Shown here: positions 33,699-46,777 of the stretch, piece by piece
Position numbering within the stretch: position 1 is the stretch's first letter
How the letters are laid out: each line of letters opens with the position of its first letter
Source of the DNA: Piedraia hortae CBS 480.64
Lineage: Eukaryota
Length of the DNA: 64,000 bases
Assembly (NCBI GenBank): GCA_010093745.1
Contig: MU006001.1
Coordinates: 1-64,000, forward strand
Reading direction: 5' to 3'
Notes under the pieces: model-generated
What the model was told of the DNA's origin: nothing
The model's input: the letters and a program-made list of their open reading frames with translations, nothing else
Databases searched by the model: none
Position numbers and translations under genes: made by a program

Positions 33699-35645
33699 AC
33701 CACACCAACAGTCGAGTCATGACCATCATCCGTTAAATAACATCTTCACCCGTCTCACCTTCATTTAGCCGTTGGTGCGCCCTGAATCTGCAGCGGCCCG
33801 CGAAGGGGAAGCTGGTGGGAGTGACATCGACCGGGTTGTGCATGCAAAATGTGTGTCAGTGTCTGCACTGTTAACAGCTCTTGGCATGGTTCGCAGTTAG
33901 CTCCGTTCACGCAGCAACGCAACGGTTCGCGCTCTCGCTCCCTATACGAAGCGGGTTAATTCCATTTACTCGTCGTGTTCAAAGAGACGACCTACTTCTC
34001 CGTCTCCAGGCCAGCCGCTTACCCCCGCTTTGCCACCGCACTCCTTGCCGCCCCTCAAAACTCTGGCAGGGAAGACGCGATGAACGCGTTGGTAAACAAT
34101 GCCGGTTTTCGCGCTAGCACATGCAGTCACGTGTAATGCAATTTCCGTTCCGATGTCACGTCACGTCCGCTCCGGGCTGTTGTCAGGTCTACTGATCGGC
34201 TGTTACACGCTGATGTGCATATTGGATCAGAGGCCGAGACTGTGTTCAGAATCATTAGCCTTGTCCACGCCTTTTTTTTTTAACCTGAAATCGTTCTTGG
34301 TTGCGTTTTCTTCCGCAAGACTCAGGGCAGAGTTGGCACACGCCACAATCAACCTGCAGCAAAGCCACAGCCCCGATCACTGGTCCATTTCAGAGTTAAG
34401 CTTTCAATGTCACATATTCTCCTTGTGGGTTGACATGTGCCCTGCGTGGTACAACGCCGGCATCCAAATCCACTATTTCACATACGATAATCAGCCAATC
34501 GCCATCAAGTATTGTCGTTAGACGGCTTCTTTTTCACGATGCATCCCTGTTCAAACATGTAGCTTATGTTTTGGCTGCTTGCGGCTGAAGGCCAAAGATC
34601 TTTCTCACCGGTATCCTTTCACATGACCATCTGGTGTGAAGATCTAGCTCCGTAAGAGGGTTCATGCCTTCGAACTACGATCGCGGATACTGTCTTGCCG
34701 ATCCCCAGATCTGTTGTGGCGTCTGCGCAAAGATGTGCCATGCTGTGAAGAAAGAACAAACCCAAGCCCGGCAGTATAACTCAGCGGGGAGGAAACACCA
34801 CAGCTTCAAGATATCATCCTGACGCCCCTTGATGACAGATCGATTGCAGTAAAGAATCACTGCAATATGCTCGTCAATGCCCTCGATAAGCAAATAGATG
34901 CAAGATCCAACCAGAAGACATTTACATCCACCTCGCAACAATCACAAAAAATTCCGCTCCCGCAGATGTTGATCTCGTATCAAAATTCAGAGCGAGACAA
35001 ATCCCATACGACTGCCCAAACGCCGCGGGGCTAAATGAATTCACGCACAGTCTATCCCCAGCTCTACATATTCCACGATCTTCTCATTCTCTTCAAAAAC
35101 ACCGAAATCCAATTGTGCACTTCGCGCTTGAAGATCTTCACAAATTTTAACCTGCGATGCGCGCTTCCAGTGTGCCAGAGAACAGACTGTGAACGTCGCC
35201 GGGAAGGGATTTAACATTCTGAGTGTGGGTAGTAGTCAATCAAACCACCAAGTGCGTCAAGATGGGTGAAATGTGAAATGAATGTGATGGAAACAAAGTC
35301 ATTGGCTCCGTGCATCAACTCTTCTGTCTGGAGGGCTCACCTCTCTTGCCATTGGGTATAGAACCCATCCTGACAGGTAATCCAACCCTCAATCCAAAAA
35401 TACAGCACATACCCGTCTCTATAGATGCCATCCATCCCGTATAGACAGTCTTTACCAGCAAAAGAAAAATCTCCGGGAAATGTAGGGACTATCAACTCAA
35501 TCAATACATTTAAATTGACACATTTCCTCTTTCCTTTTCTCATCATCTCAACATTTAACCCTCCATTCCTCCCAAACACAAATTCACGCACGCTCACTCT
35601 ATTCAAAGCAAAAACGATAATAATCGATACGATGACAACAACGCA

Positions 35646-36959
35646 CTAAACGCCCTCCCCTCTGCTATTACCCTCCAGCGAAGCATCCCTACACCCCTTT
35701 TGCTGTGTCATGCCCAGATACTTCACATAGTTGTACGCCGCGATAGCGAACATCGTGACGATGAGTCCGGAGACGTTGATTGGGGAGAGATCGTCTCCGA
35801 ATATGAGACCCGCGGCGGAGATTGTGAGGACTTCTTTGAAGATGCCGCAGACGGAGAGGGTGACGACAGATGTTCGTTGCAAGAGGGCGAATTCGGCTGA
35901 GACCATCATGAAGGCTAGGAAGCCGGGAAAGAGGATTAGGCCGAATGTCAGGAGGCCTCCTCGTGCGGAGGCGAGTGCTTTGAGGCCGTAAAATACGTCT
36001 GAAGGGCCTTCGATTGCCAATGCCAGCGATAAGAGGGCGACGAACATGACGGGGGTGAGAAATAAGATGGAAGAGAATGGGTTGCTGGTAGCTGAGTGGC
36101 GAAGAAGTAGAAGTTGGGTCAACGACCAGCGGAAGCCGGAGCAGAAGCTTGCTGTCATAACGAGCGCGAAACCCGCGGCGTTGAAGGCGGTTTCGCCCGC
36201 AACCATCATGACTACGCCAGCGGTCATGACCAAGATGATGGCGCAGAGCCGCCAGGTGGGCTTTTCCAGCCGGAATAAAAAGGCATTGATGAGCACAAAG
36301 CCAAGCACACTGCTCTTGCACATGGTGTAGAAGGTGAGGCTGATGAATCGTAGGCTGAAGTTGCCCAGGCCGATATCAAGGGCCGTTGCAGTGCCGCAGG
36401 GCGTTATGCGGCCGAAATAGAACCACTTGGTCATGAGGGATTTGCTGTTCCGGGTAGCCTCTCCACCCACTTCGGAGTATTCTTCTTCGGCTCTCGGACG
36501 AAACTGCGGCATAACATAGAGCACAAGACTGGCGAGGGCAAACTGGACAACCATATGAATGCTGGTGGTAAAGAGCGGAAAGTGAAAGTCCAGGCCCTTG
36601 TCGTGCGAGCGTGAGAACATCCATTTGTTGTAGACGCTGATGGAGATGGAAAATGTGTACCACAAGGCGACCAGAATAGCGTCGATGGTGATTTGCTGCA
36701 TTAGGCTCTTGGGTGCAAACTCCTCGGGCTCCGGAGACACTCTTGCTCGGCTTCTCCGCTTTCGCGTTCGCCGGGCTGAATCGCTTTCCAGACCATCGTC
36801 AGTGGATTCGGAGCCAGAGGCCTCGGATTCCTCCTCAATCTTGTAATCGAGGAGCCCCGTCGACGCCTGGCGCGCGTGGGCAGAGGGACCTGCAAACGTC
36901 GACGCGCTGCTGCGACGGCGGTGCGAGGAAGGATCGCTTGCGTTCTTCATGGGACTCAT
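35646..36959 (-). CDS. Triose-phosphate/nucleotide-sugar transporter family (SLC35C2/Ymd8-like)
   Basis: WYTFSISISVYNKWMF, FPLFTTSIH, TALDIGLGNFSL, YTMCKSS, GFRWSLTQLLL, TSVVTLSVCGIFKEV. A possible upstream exon from 37098 is described under findings. Confidence 0.9.
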   Translation of the reverse strand: MSPMKNASDPSSHRRRSSASTFAGPSAHARQASTGLLDYKIEEESEASGSESTDDGLESDSARRTRKRRSRARVSPEPEEFAPKSLMQQITIDAILVALWYTFSISISVYNKWMFSRSHDKGLDFHFPLFTTSIHMVVQFALASLVLYVMPQFRPRAEEEYSEVGGEATRNSKSLMTKWFYFGRITPCGTATALDIGLGNFSLRFISLTFYTMCKSSVLGFVLINAFLFRLEKPTWRLCAIILVMTAGVVMMVAGETAFNAAGFALVMTASFCSGFRWSLTQLLLLRHSATSNPFSSILFLTPVMFVALLSLALAIEGPSDVFYGLKALASARGGLLTFGLILFPGFLAFMMVSAEFALLQRTSVVTLSVCGIFKEVLTISAAGLIFGDDLSPINVSGLIVTMFAIAAYNYVKYLGMTQQKGCRDASLEGNSRGEGV

Positions 36960-37229
36960 TCCCTTGGGTCCATATGGAAAGGAGTTGGAAACATCTGCAG
37001 GGATGGAATAAGAGGTAGGGATCTGAGTCTAATTCGGGATCGTCGTTTGGTCCCGTTGCGCGCCACGTGCCTCTATTTCCCCGCACGTAACGACTCATGT
37101 ACAACATCTTCTCCAGACGTCACGACTCGTGCTCAGACGTCACCACGACTCGTGCACCTGTCACGCGGGCTGTCAAAAAGGAAAACGTTTTTGCTAAATC
37201 TGGTCATCCATAGTTCTACGCATAGCTCA

Positions 37230-40200
37230 TTAATTGAAGCTGAAAGCACATCTGCACAGTGGACCTGTCTTTGTTAGCCACGGTCCGTCCACTCGCAGTG
37301 GTAACCTTACATGTTGCACTGTTGCTCGTCTTGAACCACTTGTACAGACAAGTACCGTGGAAGAGGTTCTTGCAGGTGGGACACCTTTTTGTGGGAAGCT
37401 GTTTCTGGGTATCGATGATGGCATAGCAGATTGCTTGAGTCGTTAGCTCAAAATTATTCCTCTGAGGAGATACATACCGCACTCAGATTGCCCTTTCAAT
37501 GCGCCTGTGACATTCTTGCGCCAGGCTGATAGGCCGTCAATGATTGACCCGTTCTGCCTCGTGTCAGCTTCAAAATCCCATGCTCTCCATGATCAAAACT
37601 TACGGAAAACGCGATGACGCCCTGGCAGTTCACCAGCCAGCTCTGCCATTTCTCTTCTTTGACTGCTACACGATTCACGCCGACCACCCTGGCAGGAGCA
37701 AGAGGGTATTCCTCAGGCAGTTCGACTTTGATAGCCATTTTCTGTTCATCGACCATGTAGCTTGCATTGATCTCTCGGCTCTGAATGCTGGCTTTGACCT
37801 TCATTTCCTCATCGTCATCCGTGTTGTTGGACTCGGCCCAGCTAGATACTGCTTTCATAGCGTCCTGCAGCACGATTGGCGATATGTACTTTGCGGTCCA
37901 GTCCCTAACCGCCTTAGAGGTCTGCCTCGATCGGATGTTGAGGAAGTAGGCCTTGGAAAGGTTCGGCAGATATGTAAGGCAAAGGTAGTAGAGGTTTGCG
38001 AGGAGCCGGCGTACATCTTTTTCGACCTCAGGCTCATCATCGGGGACATACTCCTTAATCTTTGGCCTGGATATATCCACTGGCTTACCGAGCGAATGAC
38101 CGAGAAAGTCAAATGTGAAGTCGAGAAGGGGATCAATGTACTGCCCCTCTTTAAGCTGCTCAATGTAGTCGGCCTTGACTCGGTGACTGGACGACCCAGA
38201 AAAGTGGTCGAGTATGAGCCTCCAGCCGTCTAAGTATGCTCGGAGTTTCCAAGGCATCTCGGTGCCGAATGACTCATCCGCCAGGGAATCTAATGTGGGC
38301 GGCTCCGCAAGGAGGTAAATGAGCTCATCAGGGAGTTTTGCTTTGCTGTCGTTGAGAGCCGCATCCAGAGAGATTTGCTCCTGTGCAGAAGGAATATGAC
38401 GATGCAGCAGCTCAAACGTCGCCCTCTGGATAGGTCGAGATGGCGTCTTGAGTAGTTTGTACAAGTCGTCTTCATCTTGCAGAGGCTCCTGCGGCAACGC
38501 TTGCACTTCCCGGGCCAATGTCGTTTGTGCGAGCTTGAGGGGATGATGGTCTGCATTGCTACCGCGGACAATCTGCATGAGATGCATGAGCTCCTCACGT
38601 AGTCGCTTATGTCCCTCTTCGAATACCTCACTTAAGTCATCGTTGGCCTCCTCGGAAGTCGACAGCACTCGCAGGATGGAAGACAGCTTCAATGTCACAA
38701 CAAGCAACAGAATCCGTTCCTCGTCCAGGCTGTCATTCAAACCCGCCCAAAATCCGAGAATGTAGTCAAACATCTGCTGCCAATGTTCGCCGTATATCTC
38801 CTGGATGCCACACACCAGATGACAAAGGCATTTGCAGATTTCCGAGGCAATGACATACGTGGTACAAGTCATGAGGACGGTCAACAGATGTTTAACCAGG
38901 AAGAGGAGTCGCTGCGTAGAAACAACTTTGAACCCATGCTCCTGGTTATTCCAGATGGTATTGAGGTAGACAAGCTTCTCTAATGCAGCTTTTTGGTCTT
39001 TTGGTGTGGATGGTTTCAGGTCGGTCAAGTCTGACACCAGGTAATTGCACATTCGTGACAGATACTCTGACCCATTCAGCGGCTGGTGCAAACCAGCAAG
39101 GACCATTGTGGTTGATATTGGGTCGCCTGAATCTCGGCTTTTGCGCAATAATGCCTCACAATATTTGGGCTGTTCGGCTTTCACACCCTGCAGCTCGAAG
39201 AGATCAGAATTGAGCCGGACGATTGCTAAAGCCACGTAATAGCGTGCTGCCGACCGCTCTGAGTGTCCTTGTCCAAACCTTTCAAACGCAGAAATAAGGT
39301 CTTGGTATGCTTCTTGTGGCTGATTTAATTGTGGCCTCATTCCAGAAGTAGCTTTGCTTAAAATGTTCCTTGCACTGGATGTGAAGCCCAGTACTGCTGG
39401 CTCAACAGTATGGGTTTTGCTAGGCTCCCAAAGCGCACTGTTTCCAGGAATATCCAAGCCATCCTCTGCTAGAATGCCCGTGATAGCTATCAGAGAAAGG
39501 ACCTTCCACCTCAATTCTCCAAACTCTTCCAGCCTTTCGCCGAACTTGCCTTCTTCCATCAATCCGCAAACGTACATGGCAATTCGCAGAGCCTGGGATA
39601 GCCCTTCTGAATCCACAGGCACCTGCTGCATTAGTTCATCGTGGTCCAAGATATGGACTGTACCACCCAACCTGCTAAGCACAGCTAGGGACGGCTGGGG
39701 GGCTCTCAGAGCCTTGGTCAGGACATCATTCCAGATGTCCAGTGAAGGGAGCATCTCCACATAATCTTTTCTGTCACCCTTGTTTTCAAGCATCCTGAGA
39801 GTCAGATCTTGAATATCATGCATCGCCAGGGACTTGAGCGATAGTGTTTCCAACTCGTGCCTGACCACTTCGAACTTGGCATTGGTACTGGCTTCGTCAT
39901 TGGTAGACAGCTTAGTGGAAGCCTGCGCAGCGTTTTGAGCCACCTCGTCGTTCTCGTGCTGTTCGAGCCGCACAAGAAGGCGAAATAGGTCCCGTCCGCT
40001 GGGAACCTTTGTCATCTGGTGTAAAACATCCCTTGGTGCCGTTACCAGAATCTGGACGGCATTAGACAACTGCTCGGTGTCTGTATCGCTTGCCAGAGGA
40101 GTGACAAGGGCTTTGACAACGCTATCCATACTGGGATCGGAGAGTAGGCCACGCTGAAAAAGCTTGATCAGTGTGCTACCCTCGTTATGGGCTAAAGGCG

Positions 40201-42233
40201 ACGATGATAACTCTTGGACAGTCTGTTGCAGCTTCTCATTACTCCGGGCAACCCGGCTAACCTCTGGAGAGATATTCTCTAATGCGAGGACACCCACAAA
40301 ACTGATTTTATCCTTGCTTGCGCTGGACAAGGCTCGGTTCAAGGCCGTGGTGAAGATCTTATTAAACTGAGGCTCATAACTCAACGTGTGTAAACAGCGA
40401 AGCAAATGCTGATTGGAAGGCCACCATCGGGCCCATTGACAACCATTGGATAGCAGAAGATCAGCCAGAGTCTTTCGAAAGCTTGGATCTAGTCTGGCCT
40501 GCTCAGGAGAACGAATTGTGATTTCTTCCAGCATGGTTGCAGCACCGTAGCATCGGCCTTCTTGCTCCTGTAGCCGAGCGAAGCAGTCCTTGGCAAGTCC
40601 TATATTCACCTCAACGGCTTTTGATCTCGTTGTTGCTGGGAGCTGGGGAAAGAGTTCCTGCAGTAGAGTAGTCCATCGCTTGCCGGCCTGAGAAGCTGGC
40701 TGCTGCAAATGTTCGGCGTTATTTGGCAAAGGTTGAATGGTGTTCACCACCTTTTGCGCCAAATGAGGCAAGGACTCTTCTAGAACACTTGACATGCCAG
40801 GGATGAGAGCTGCGTTGATAACAGCGGCCACAGATTCATTGCCTGATACTGCCCAAGCGGCCGTTTCTGGAGACGGGCATAGGTATTGCTGAACAATCGG
40901 CAAGACGGAACCCTTTAAGAATTTTCCGAGATCTTCCTCTGGCAAATTGGTCATGAGTTCGATCACTAGAACATGATAAGCACTCCAAGCAGCTGACGCA
41001 TTCAACCTCTCTTCCTTTCTCTGGATTCCGAGACGAGCAGAAACTAGGACTTCGCTAGCTTCATCGAGAGATTGTGGCATGACCGTTGAAGGAATGATTT
41101 TGAAGAGCTGACTCGAATATTCCCAGAACTGTGCACTTCCTGATCTTGAGCCATGTTTGAGAAATTGCTTCAGGCGGAAGATGGGAGGCTTCTTGGCAAT
41201 ATAGTAGTCGGTCCATATTACGGTTGGGTAATGAAAATTTGTCAGATCGATGAGGGCGAGGACAAAGTCCGCCGCTGAGCCTGTTTGATCTGAAGGAAGC
41301 CCTTTGTCAACGTACGCTGTGCTGGCAGCCTGTAAGTTCGCTGCGACGAGGCACGGTTTCTTCTTTGAACAGCACTGGATAAGACCATGCACTGCCCTTC
41401 GTACTGAACTGTCAGAGTATGTGACAAAGTTCCATAGAGCAGGATTGCTCAAAATGCTTAGATAGGTCTCGTTCTGTTTCGCAAGTTCCGTCTGTGACAA
41501 CCGCCCGAGCAGATTGGAAATCACCATGAGGCTGGTGGCAACCACTCGGGCATAGGTGGCTTGAGCTTCGTCTGGACTAACCACGCGTTCGTCACTTAGA
41601 CTTCTCGGTGTCTCCTCAAAAGCAGCTGTTTGACAATGCTCCAGTATGCTGCTCTGAAACGATTTAACGAGGCCCGAGATTTTCACCGCAGATGGGAAAA
41701 TGAGGTTCAAGGCATCTTGTGCAGCTTTTGCTACGCCTTTATCCATATCGTGCGTTCCTGCTAACCATGGCCCGGAAATTCGAGGGAGATGCTTTGCGAT
41801 CCTCTTGCCGCAAATCGAACATATCTGGCCGTTTAGGCTATGAGTCAATTGACGCACACGGCGATCGTTATCAATGGAGAGACGCGGATAAAGCTTGACC
41901 TAATTGATTCAAATTGTTACTATATAAACTCGGATATACAGTCGGTTTACGCACCCATGCCTCCAGTACACCGTCTTCAATTGACTCTTGCCCCGGCACC
42001 ACAAAAGCTGAGAGGTCCTCCAGAGCTTTCGTCTTAGTTTTGCTGTCCTTTTTCATCAAATTTTTGAAGTGAACTACGACATTGGCATCATTGATATTCT
42101 TGTAGTCTGGCGGATCTTGGAGGTACGATAAGGGTGACGCTGAACCAAAAGCAGAGCTGCCAAACCCCCCGGAAGTCAAGGAGACACCGGCACGACTGCT
42201 GCTGGCCTGTACTTTGAACTGCTTCTTGCTCAT
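37230..42233 (-). CDS. RKR1: Listerin E3 ubiquitin ligase (ribosome quality control)
   Basis: N-terminal KNLMKKDSKTKTKALEDL..W|VKLYPRL; RWD (LPEEYPLAP..KWQSWL); spliced RING EC|AICYA..KRCPTCKNLFHGTCLYKWFKTSNSATC|PLCR. Four introns. Confidence 0.95.
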
Positions 42234-42712
42234 TACGGTGTTGTAAACCATGAAAATGCCGGAACATTAAAGGCAAGAAGTGACGTCATACAAGGCCCGG
42301 CCCGTAGCCGTTTGGCGGGCGATCACATGCGATTGCACTGCCAATTTGCTTCCCCCACAAATTTGCACGGTCAATACCCCAAATGCAAAAGTTTGGTGAA
42401 TACGGTTGAACCTGAATAGCAGATGGAGCACAAGAATTTTGTCTGCTAACCATATTAACAATTCGCAGTATCCAGGTGTCTACAGGTGCATGGGAATCAA
42501 ATTGAAGGTAAAGTATCTATCGCCATGCAAATTTGCAACCTACGATATGTAATTCCACCTTCAGAAGCAAATCTGCACTCCTCATTTCCTACATGAAAAT
42601 TTTCTCGGTTGGTACTTCCATGGTCATTTCGATCACTTCGATCTTCAGATGTTCCCTATAAGAGAGCGATGTTTTCCGACCTTCGGACCGGTACGGGTAC
42701 CGACATACCACC

Positions 42713-43350
42713 ATGCCATCCAAACCGTACATCGCGCGGGAGATCGTCTCCATGATCATCAAGAATCTCGATAATGATCCCGTCTCCCTTTCAAGCATTT
42801 GCCTCGTGTCTCGAGTGATTTCCCTTTACCGTTAAGGTGCTCTGGCGCAACCCACCTGTCGGTGCGTTCGCACATATGTGCGTAGCATCCAAACACTACT
42901 ACGCTCTAATGGTGAGGAGCCTCCACGCCGAGAGCGAGTTGGAGTACCTGCAGCCATCGCAGGCACTCATCGACACAGTGTTTAACGGCCTCGACCTACC
43001 GACGCCGAATCCCATGATGGGATCACGATGGAACCCCGCTTTCCGCCAAACTTCTTTTTGATCCTATCCACTGGGATCGCACACCGATGCTGAAGGCCGA
43101 ACGGTATCGCCATCAATGCGGACATAACCCCCTGGGAGTTTGGGGTTGATTAATTGCCCCCTCTGCTGGGCGGGGGCCCAACCATGAGATCTGTTCATGT
43201 GAGCGGCATGTCGTACACGCCAGATTGGAAACATCTGTTGCCATGTTTAGTGAAGCACATTACGCTCACCGAACTTTCGTTTCTAGCATGGATTGTTGAT
43301 TGCGATTGGGTTATCATGTGGGAAGTAACGAGAGCATGCGGTGTAACGTG
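42713..43350 (+). pseudogene. F-box-like pseudogene
   Basis: MPSKPYIAREIVSMIIKNLDNDPVSLSSICLVSRV, then a frameshift to VKVLWRNPP..YYALMVRSL. Matches the fungal F-box pattern 'EI...I...L..D..SL....LVSR.W......LWRNP'. Downstream frames are broken; the 3' end is approximate. Confidence 0.6.
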
Positions 43351-43978
43351 AGGTATACAGTAGCGCCCTGAAGACCCTTTTCGCAGATGCACAGATGGAT
43401 GTGGAATAAGAATCACTCTTTTACAACACTACTTATTGTCTCTCCAGTCCTAGCCCTGTACACGCGCTTGAGATACTCTTTGCTGTCCAACATTATTCTT
43501 CGACATTTCCGTTTCTGCCTGCTTGTCATTGTCAGTTTCGAGGCTCATGAAATTGACATCTTCGAGAGCATCAATTACTTTCAGTCTCAGAGATTTGAAT
43601 CCTGAGCTTTGGGATTGTACAGATCAAGCTCGATGACACAGAATCCAAGCTCTTTTAGGTAGGAGTTGTCCAACTTTGTACATACATTACCTATCAACTG
43701 CAGTCATTCAGCAATGTTGATTGTCCAGTCTCGCGTATTGACGTTGTTGAATCCACTCGGCCACACTCACCACATCGTCGAAACATTGCCAGCTGAGTGC
43801 GTTAGTCACATCGGACTATCTCGGGTACATGGGACTGCCGCATGCGATTCCCGACTCTTAGATGGGATCGATCAGTCTTTTGCCCAAGAATACATACTTA
43901 GGCGCAAGAATTGAAAATTAAAAAGCGTGTTCCCATCTCGCTTCAACATGGTCGACATATAGTACATTGCTTCGCTGC

Positions 43979-44752
43979 CTATTGATCCCCTTTCCCATTC
44001 ACAGCTGCTTTAGCGCTTCCTTTTGGGCCTTTGGCTTTGGTCCTTGACACCTTGGCTCTAGCTTCATCAGCCTTTGCCTTTCTCTCCCGCTTTTGCAAAC
44101 GGTGTTCTTTCCATTGCGCCAGTCGTTCGTCAGCTGTCGGGATCGGGGGACGCGACTCTACAGGAGTTCCAAACGGGGCAACAATCTCGCTCACAACATG
44201 ACGCACACGTTTGCTCACATGTAGCCGGTGCAGCTTGACCACATCGCCAGTCGCCAGGCTGGAGTTTGGATCATGCACCAGGTGATTCTGTGGATCTGCG
44301 TAGAACTGTTTGGCAACGTTAGCGCTTCTCTTGCACTTAAGAGATGGAGAGCCCACTTTTTTGATCCTCGAGTTCCACTTTTGCCCTTGCACGCGTACTT
44401 TGACAGTCTTTTGCATTTTTCCGCTGCTAACTACGACACCCGTTATCTCTTTATGCGGTCTGGTTGCTGCCCGTTGCTCTTGCTCCTCCAGAGGCAACAA
44501 TGAGCTTGTGCTGTGGCACAGAAGTTGAGGGGGAATCTTTGCCGTGATGGGTGTACTGAGAAGAGTGGCTATTTTGGTTTGTTCGCGATGCGATGATCTG
44601 GGGTTGCCGACTGGTGGATCTGAAGGTGGTTGAGCTTGCGTCGCGGCCGGCGCTGTAAGGCAACGGCGACATATCCACCGAGTATAATGTGGTTTAATTT
44701 GCGGGAAAAATCGCTGCGGCAGTATAAGCGACCGTTGACTCATAATGGTCAT
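43979..44752 (-). CDS. MRPS17: Mitochondrial ribosomal protein uS17m
   Basis: GVVVSSGKMQKTVKVRV..WNSRIKK|FY..HLVHDPNSSLATGDVV..VSKRVRHVVSEIVAPFG; presequence-like N-terminus; intron 44306-44356. Exact start uncertain. Confidence 0.88.
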   Translation of the reverse strand: MTIMSQRSLILPQRFFPQIKPHYTRWICRRCLTAPAATQAQPPSDPPVGNPRSSHREQTKIATLLSTPITAKIPPQLLCHSTSSLLPLEEQEQRAATRPHKEITGVVVSSGKMQKTVKVRVQGQKWNSRIKKVGSPSLKCKRSANVAKQFYADPQNHLVHDPNSSLATGDVVKLHRLHVSKRVRHVVSEIVAPFGTPVESRPPIPTADERLAQWKEHRLQKRERKAKADEARAKVSRTKAKGPKGSAKAAVNGKGDQ

Positions 44753-45017
44753 CTTTGCGCTGGACCTGGCAGAAGAAGAGCGCGTTGACTGTCTCGGAGG
44801 TTTTCCGACGGACACTCCCGCACATCAACCTCACGCCCTCGCCTCGAACTATTTCTCACCTAAACGTTGCTCAGCGTCTTATAAATGCTGTAGCACATAG
44901 TTTCCTTGGCAAAATTTGGAACATGACAAGAGAGTACATTGACTACAAACTCGTGAGAGCCGCTATGACCGATTGACCATCTTCCACTCCAGACGCCTTC
45001 GAAAAACTTGAATACAG

Positions 45018-46777
45018 CTAGGCGTCCTGCACCGTTACTACTACCCGGCTGGTCTTCGGGCTTGAACGAGTGGAAGGCATCTCCAGCATGTCGTCATCTG
45101 ACTCGAACACCGAGCTGTCCCTAGAACCACGACGTTGTTAGTTCACCACCGATAGGCCGCCAGATAAATATATGTAAGAACACAAAAAAATTCTTACTGC
45201 TGAGCCCGCATGCCATTTGACATAACAACGTGAGGCCTTTTCTGATCACTTGAGTCTCCATAGTCCTTGCCGTTGGCATCTTGGTGTGCGTGGTCTTGCG
45301 AACGACGTCTGATACGCAGCTGCTGATCCGTCTGCGGAGTAATCTTACGCAGCTCTGACACAAAATTCTCTCCCCACCACGCCGACGTGTACTTATTGAC
45401 GTACTTGACGAGCTTTTCATAGTTGCTCCCACGCTGATCATCGCTCATGGTGACAGAGTCGTGAATAGCACCGGCAAGTTCTTCAGTGTTCCAGGGATTA
45501 ATGATCAGGGCACCGTTGAGTGACTGGGCAGCACCGGCAAAGTCGGAAAGGATCAGAACGCCGTGCATATCTTGCTGGCAGGCAATGTATTCAAACGAGA
45601 CGAGATTCATGCCATCTCTGGTCGAGCTCACCAAGCAGACATCCGAAACAGCGTACAGAGCGATAAGTTCATCAAAACTGACAGACTTATGCAAAAAGTG
45701 GATCGGTGTAAACTCGATAGTACCGAACTTCCCGTTGATGCGGCCCACCAGCTCGTTAACGACAGCACGCAAATTTTGGTATTCCTCGACATCCTCGCGA
45801 GACGGCACTGCCACTTGAACGAGGACAACCTTGCCGATCCATTCAGGATGTTCAGTCAGAAAGACTTCAAATGCATGAAGCTTCTGTGGCACGCCCTTGA
45901 TGTAATCGAGACGATCAACACCAACGATGATTTTGATGTTCTCGAACTTCTTCTGCAGAGTACCGATCCTACGTTGCACGCTTTCTTTCTGCAAACCCTG
46001 GTGAAACTTTTCGGGGTCGATGCCGATTGGGAAAGCCCCAACAGACACAAGAAGATTGCGGAATTCAACGCCGTTAGGCGTTGTGGGGAGACCCAGGATG
46101 CGGCTACACGAAGACAAGAAGTGGCGAGCGTAATCATAGGTGTGGAAACCCAGCAAGTCGCAGTGAAGTACTCCCTCAAGAATCTCATCACGCACTGGGA
46201 GAATGCGGTAGATTTCAGACGAAGGGAATGGCGTGTGGAGGAAGAAGCCGAGCTTTACGTTCTTCGGAGGGTTTGGTTTCTTTGCAAGCTCCTCACGGAG
46301 CATGCTCGGAAGCAACATGAGATGGTAATCGTGGACCCACACCAGATCGTTGTCGCGAACATCCCTGGCAATCTCGCGCGAAAAGAGGCGATTGGCGTCC
46401 GCGTAGCCTTCCCAGGCGGATTCGTCAAACGTGATCTCGCCGGGATGGTAGTGGAATAAGGGCCAGAGGATCGAATTGGAGAACCCATTATAGTGGCGGT
46501 CAGCAAGATCATCGTCCATGAAGATGGGAACAGCCGAGAATTCGTTGAGCAACCGCTCCTTGACGTGTGGAACCTCATTCTCGGGAAGTTGGACCCCCGG
46601 CCACCCGTACCACACAAAGTGGGTCGTCTTCTTCAGCCCAGACAGCCCAGAAACAAGCCCTCCAGAGGACATGGAGAAGTCATAGTTGCCCTCTTCCGAG
46701 CGCTTGATGGTGATGGGGAGTCTGTTCGAAACAAGTAGCAAGCGGCCCTTGGAATCGGCCTCGGGGGCAGAAGACAT
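45018..46777 (-). CDS. TPS1: Trehalose-6-phosphate synthase catalytic subunit (GT20)
   Basis: LLLVSNRLP, SSGGLVSGL, HYNGFSNSILWPLFHY, WVHDYHLMLLP, GFFLHTPFPSSE, GVDRLDYIKG, RDGMNLV. Probable terminal intron 45121-45197 with last exon to 45018 (unspliced stop at 45194). Probable 5'UTR intron with donor at 47048. Confidence 0.95.

Noticed and set aside
34600..35250. Possible transposase relic (KIQPEDIY-like peptide) upstream of Cdc25
   Set aside because: Only one short motif-like match with no supporting downstream residues.
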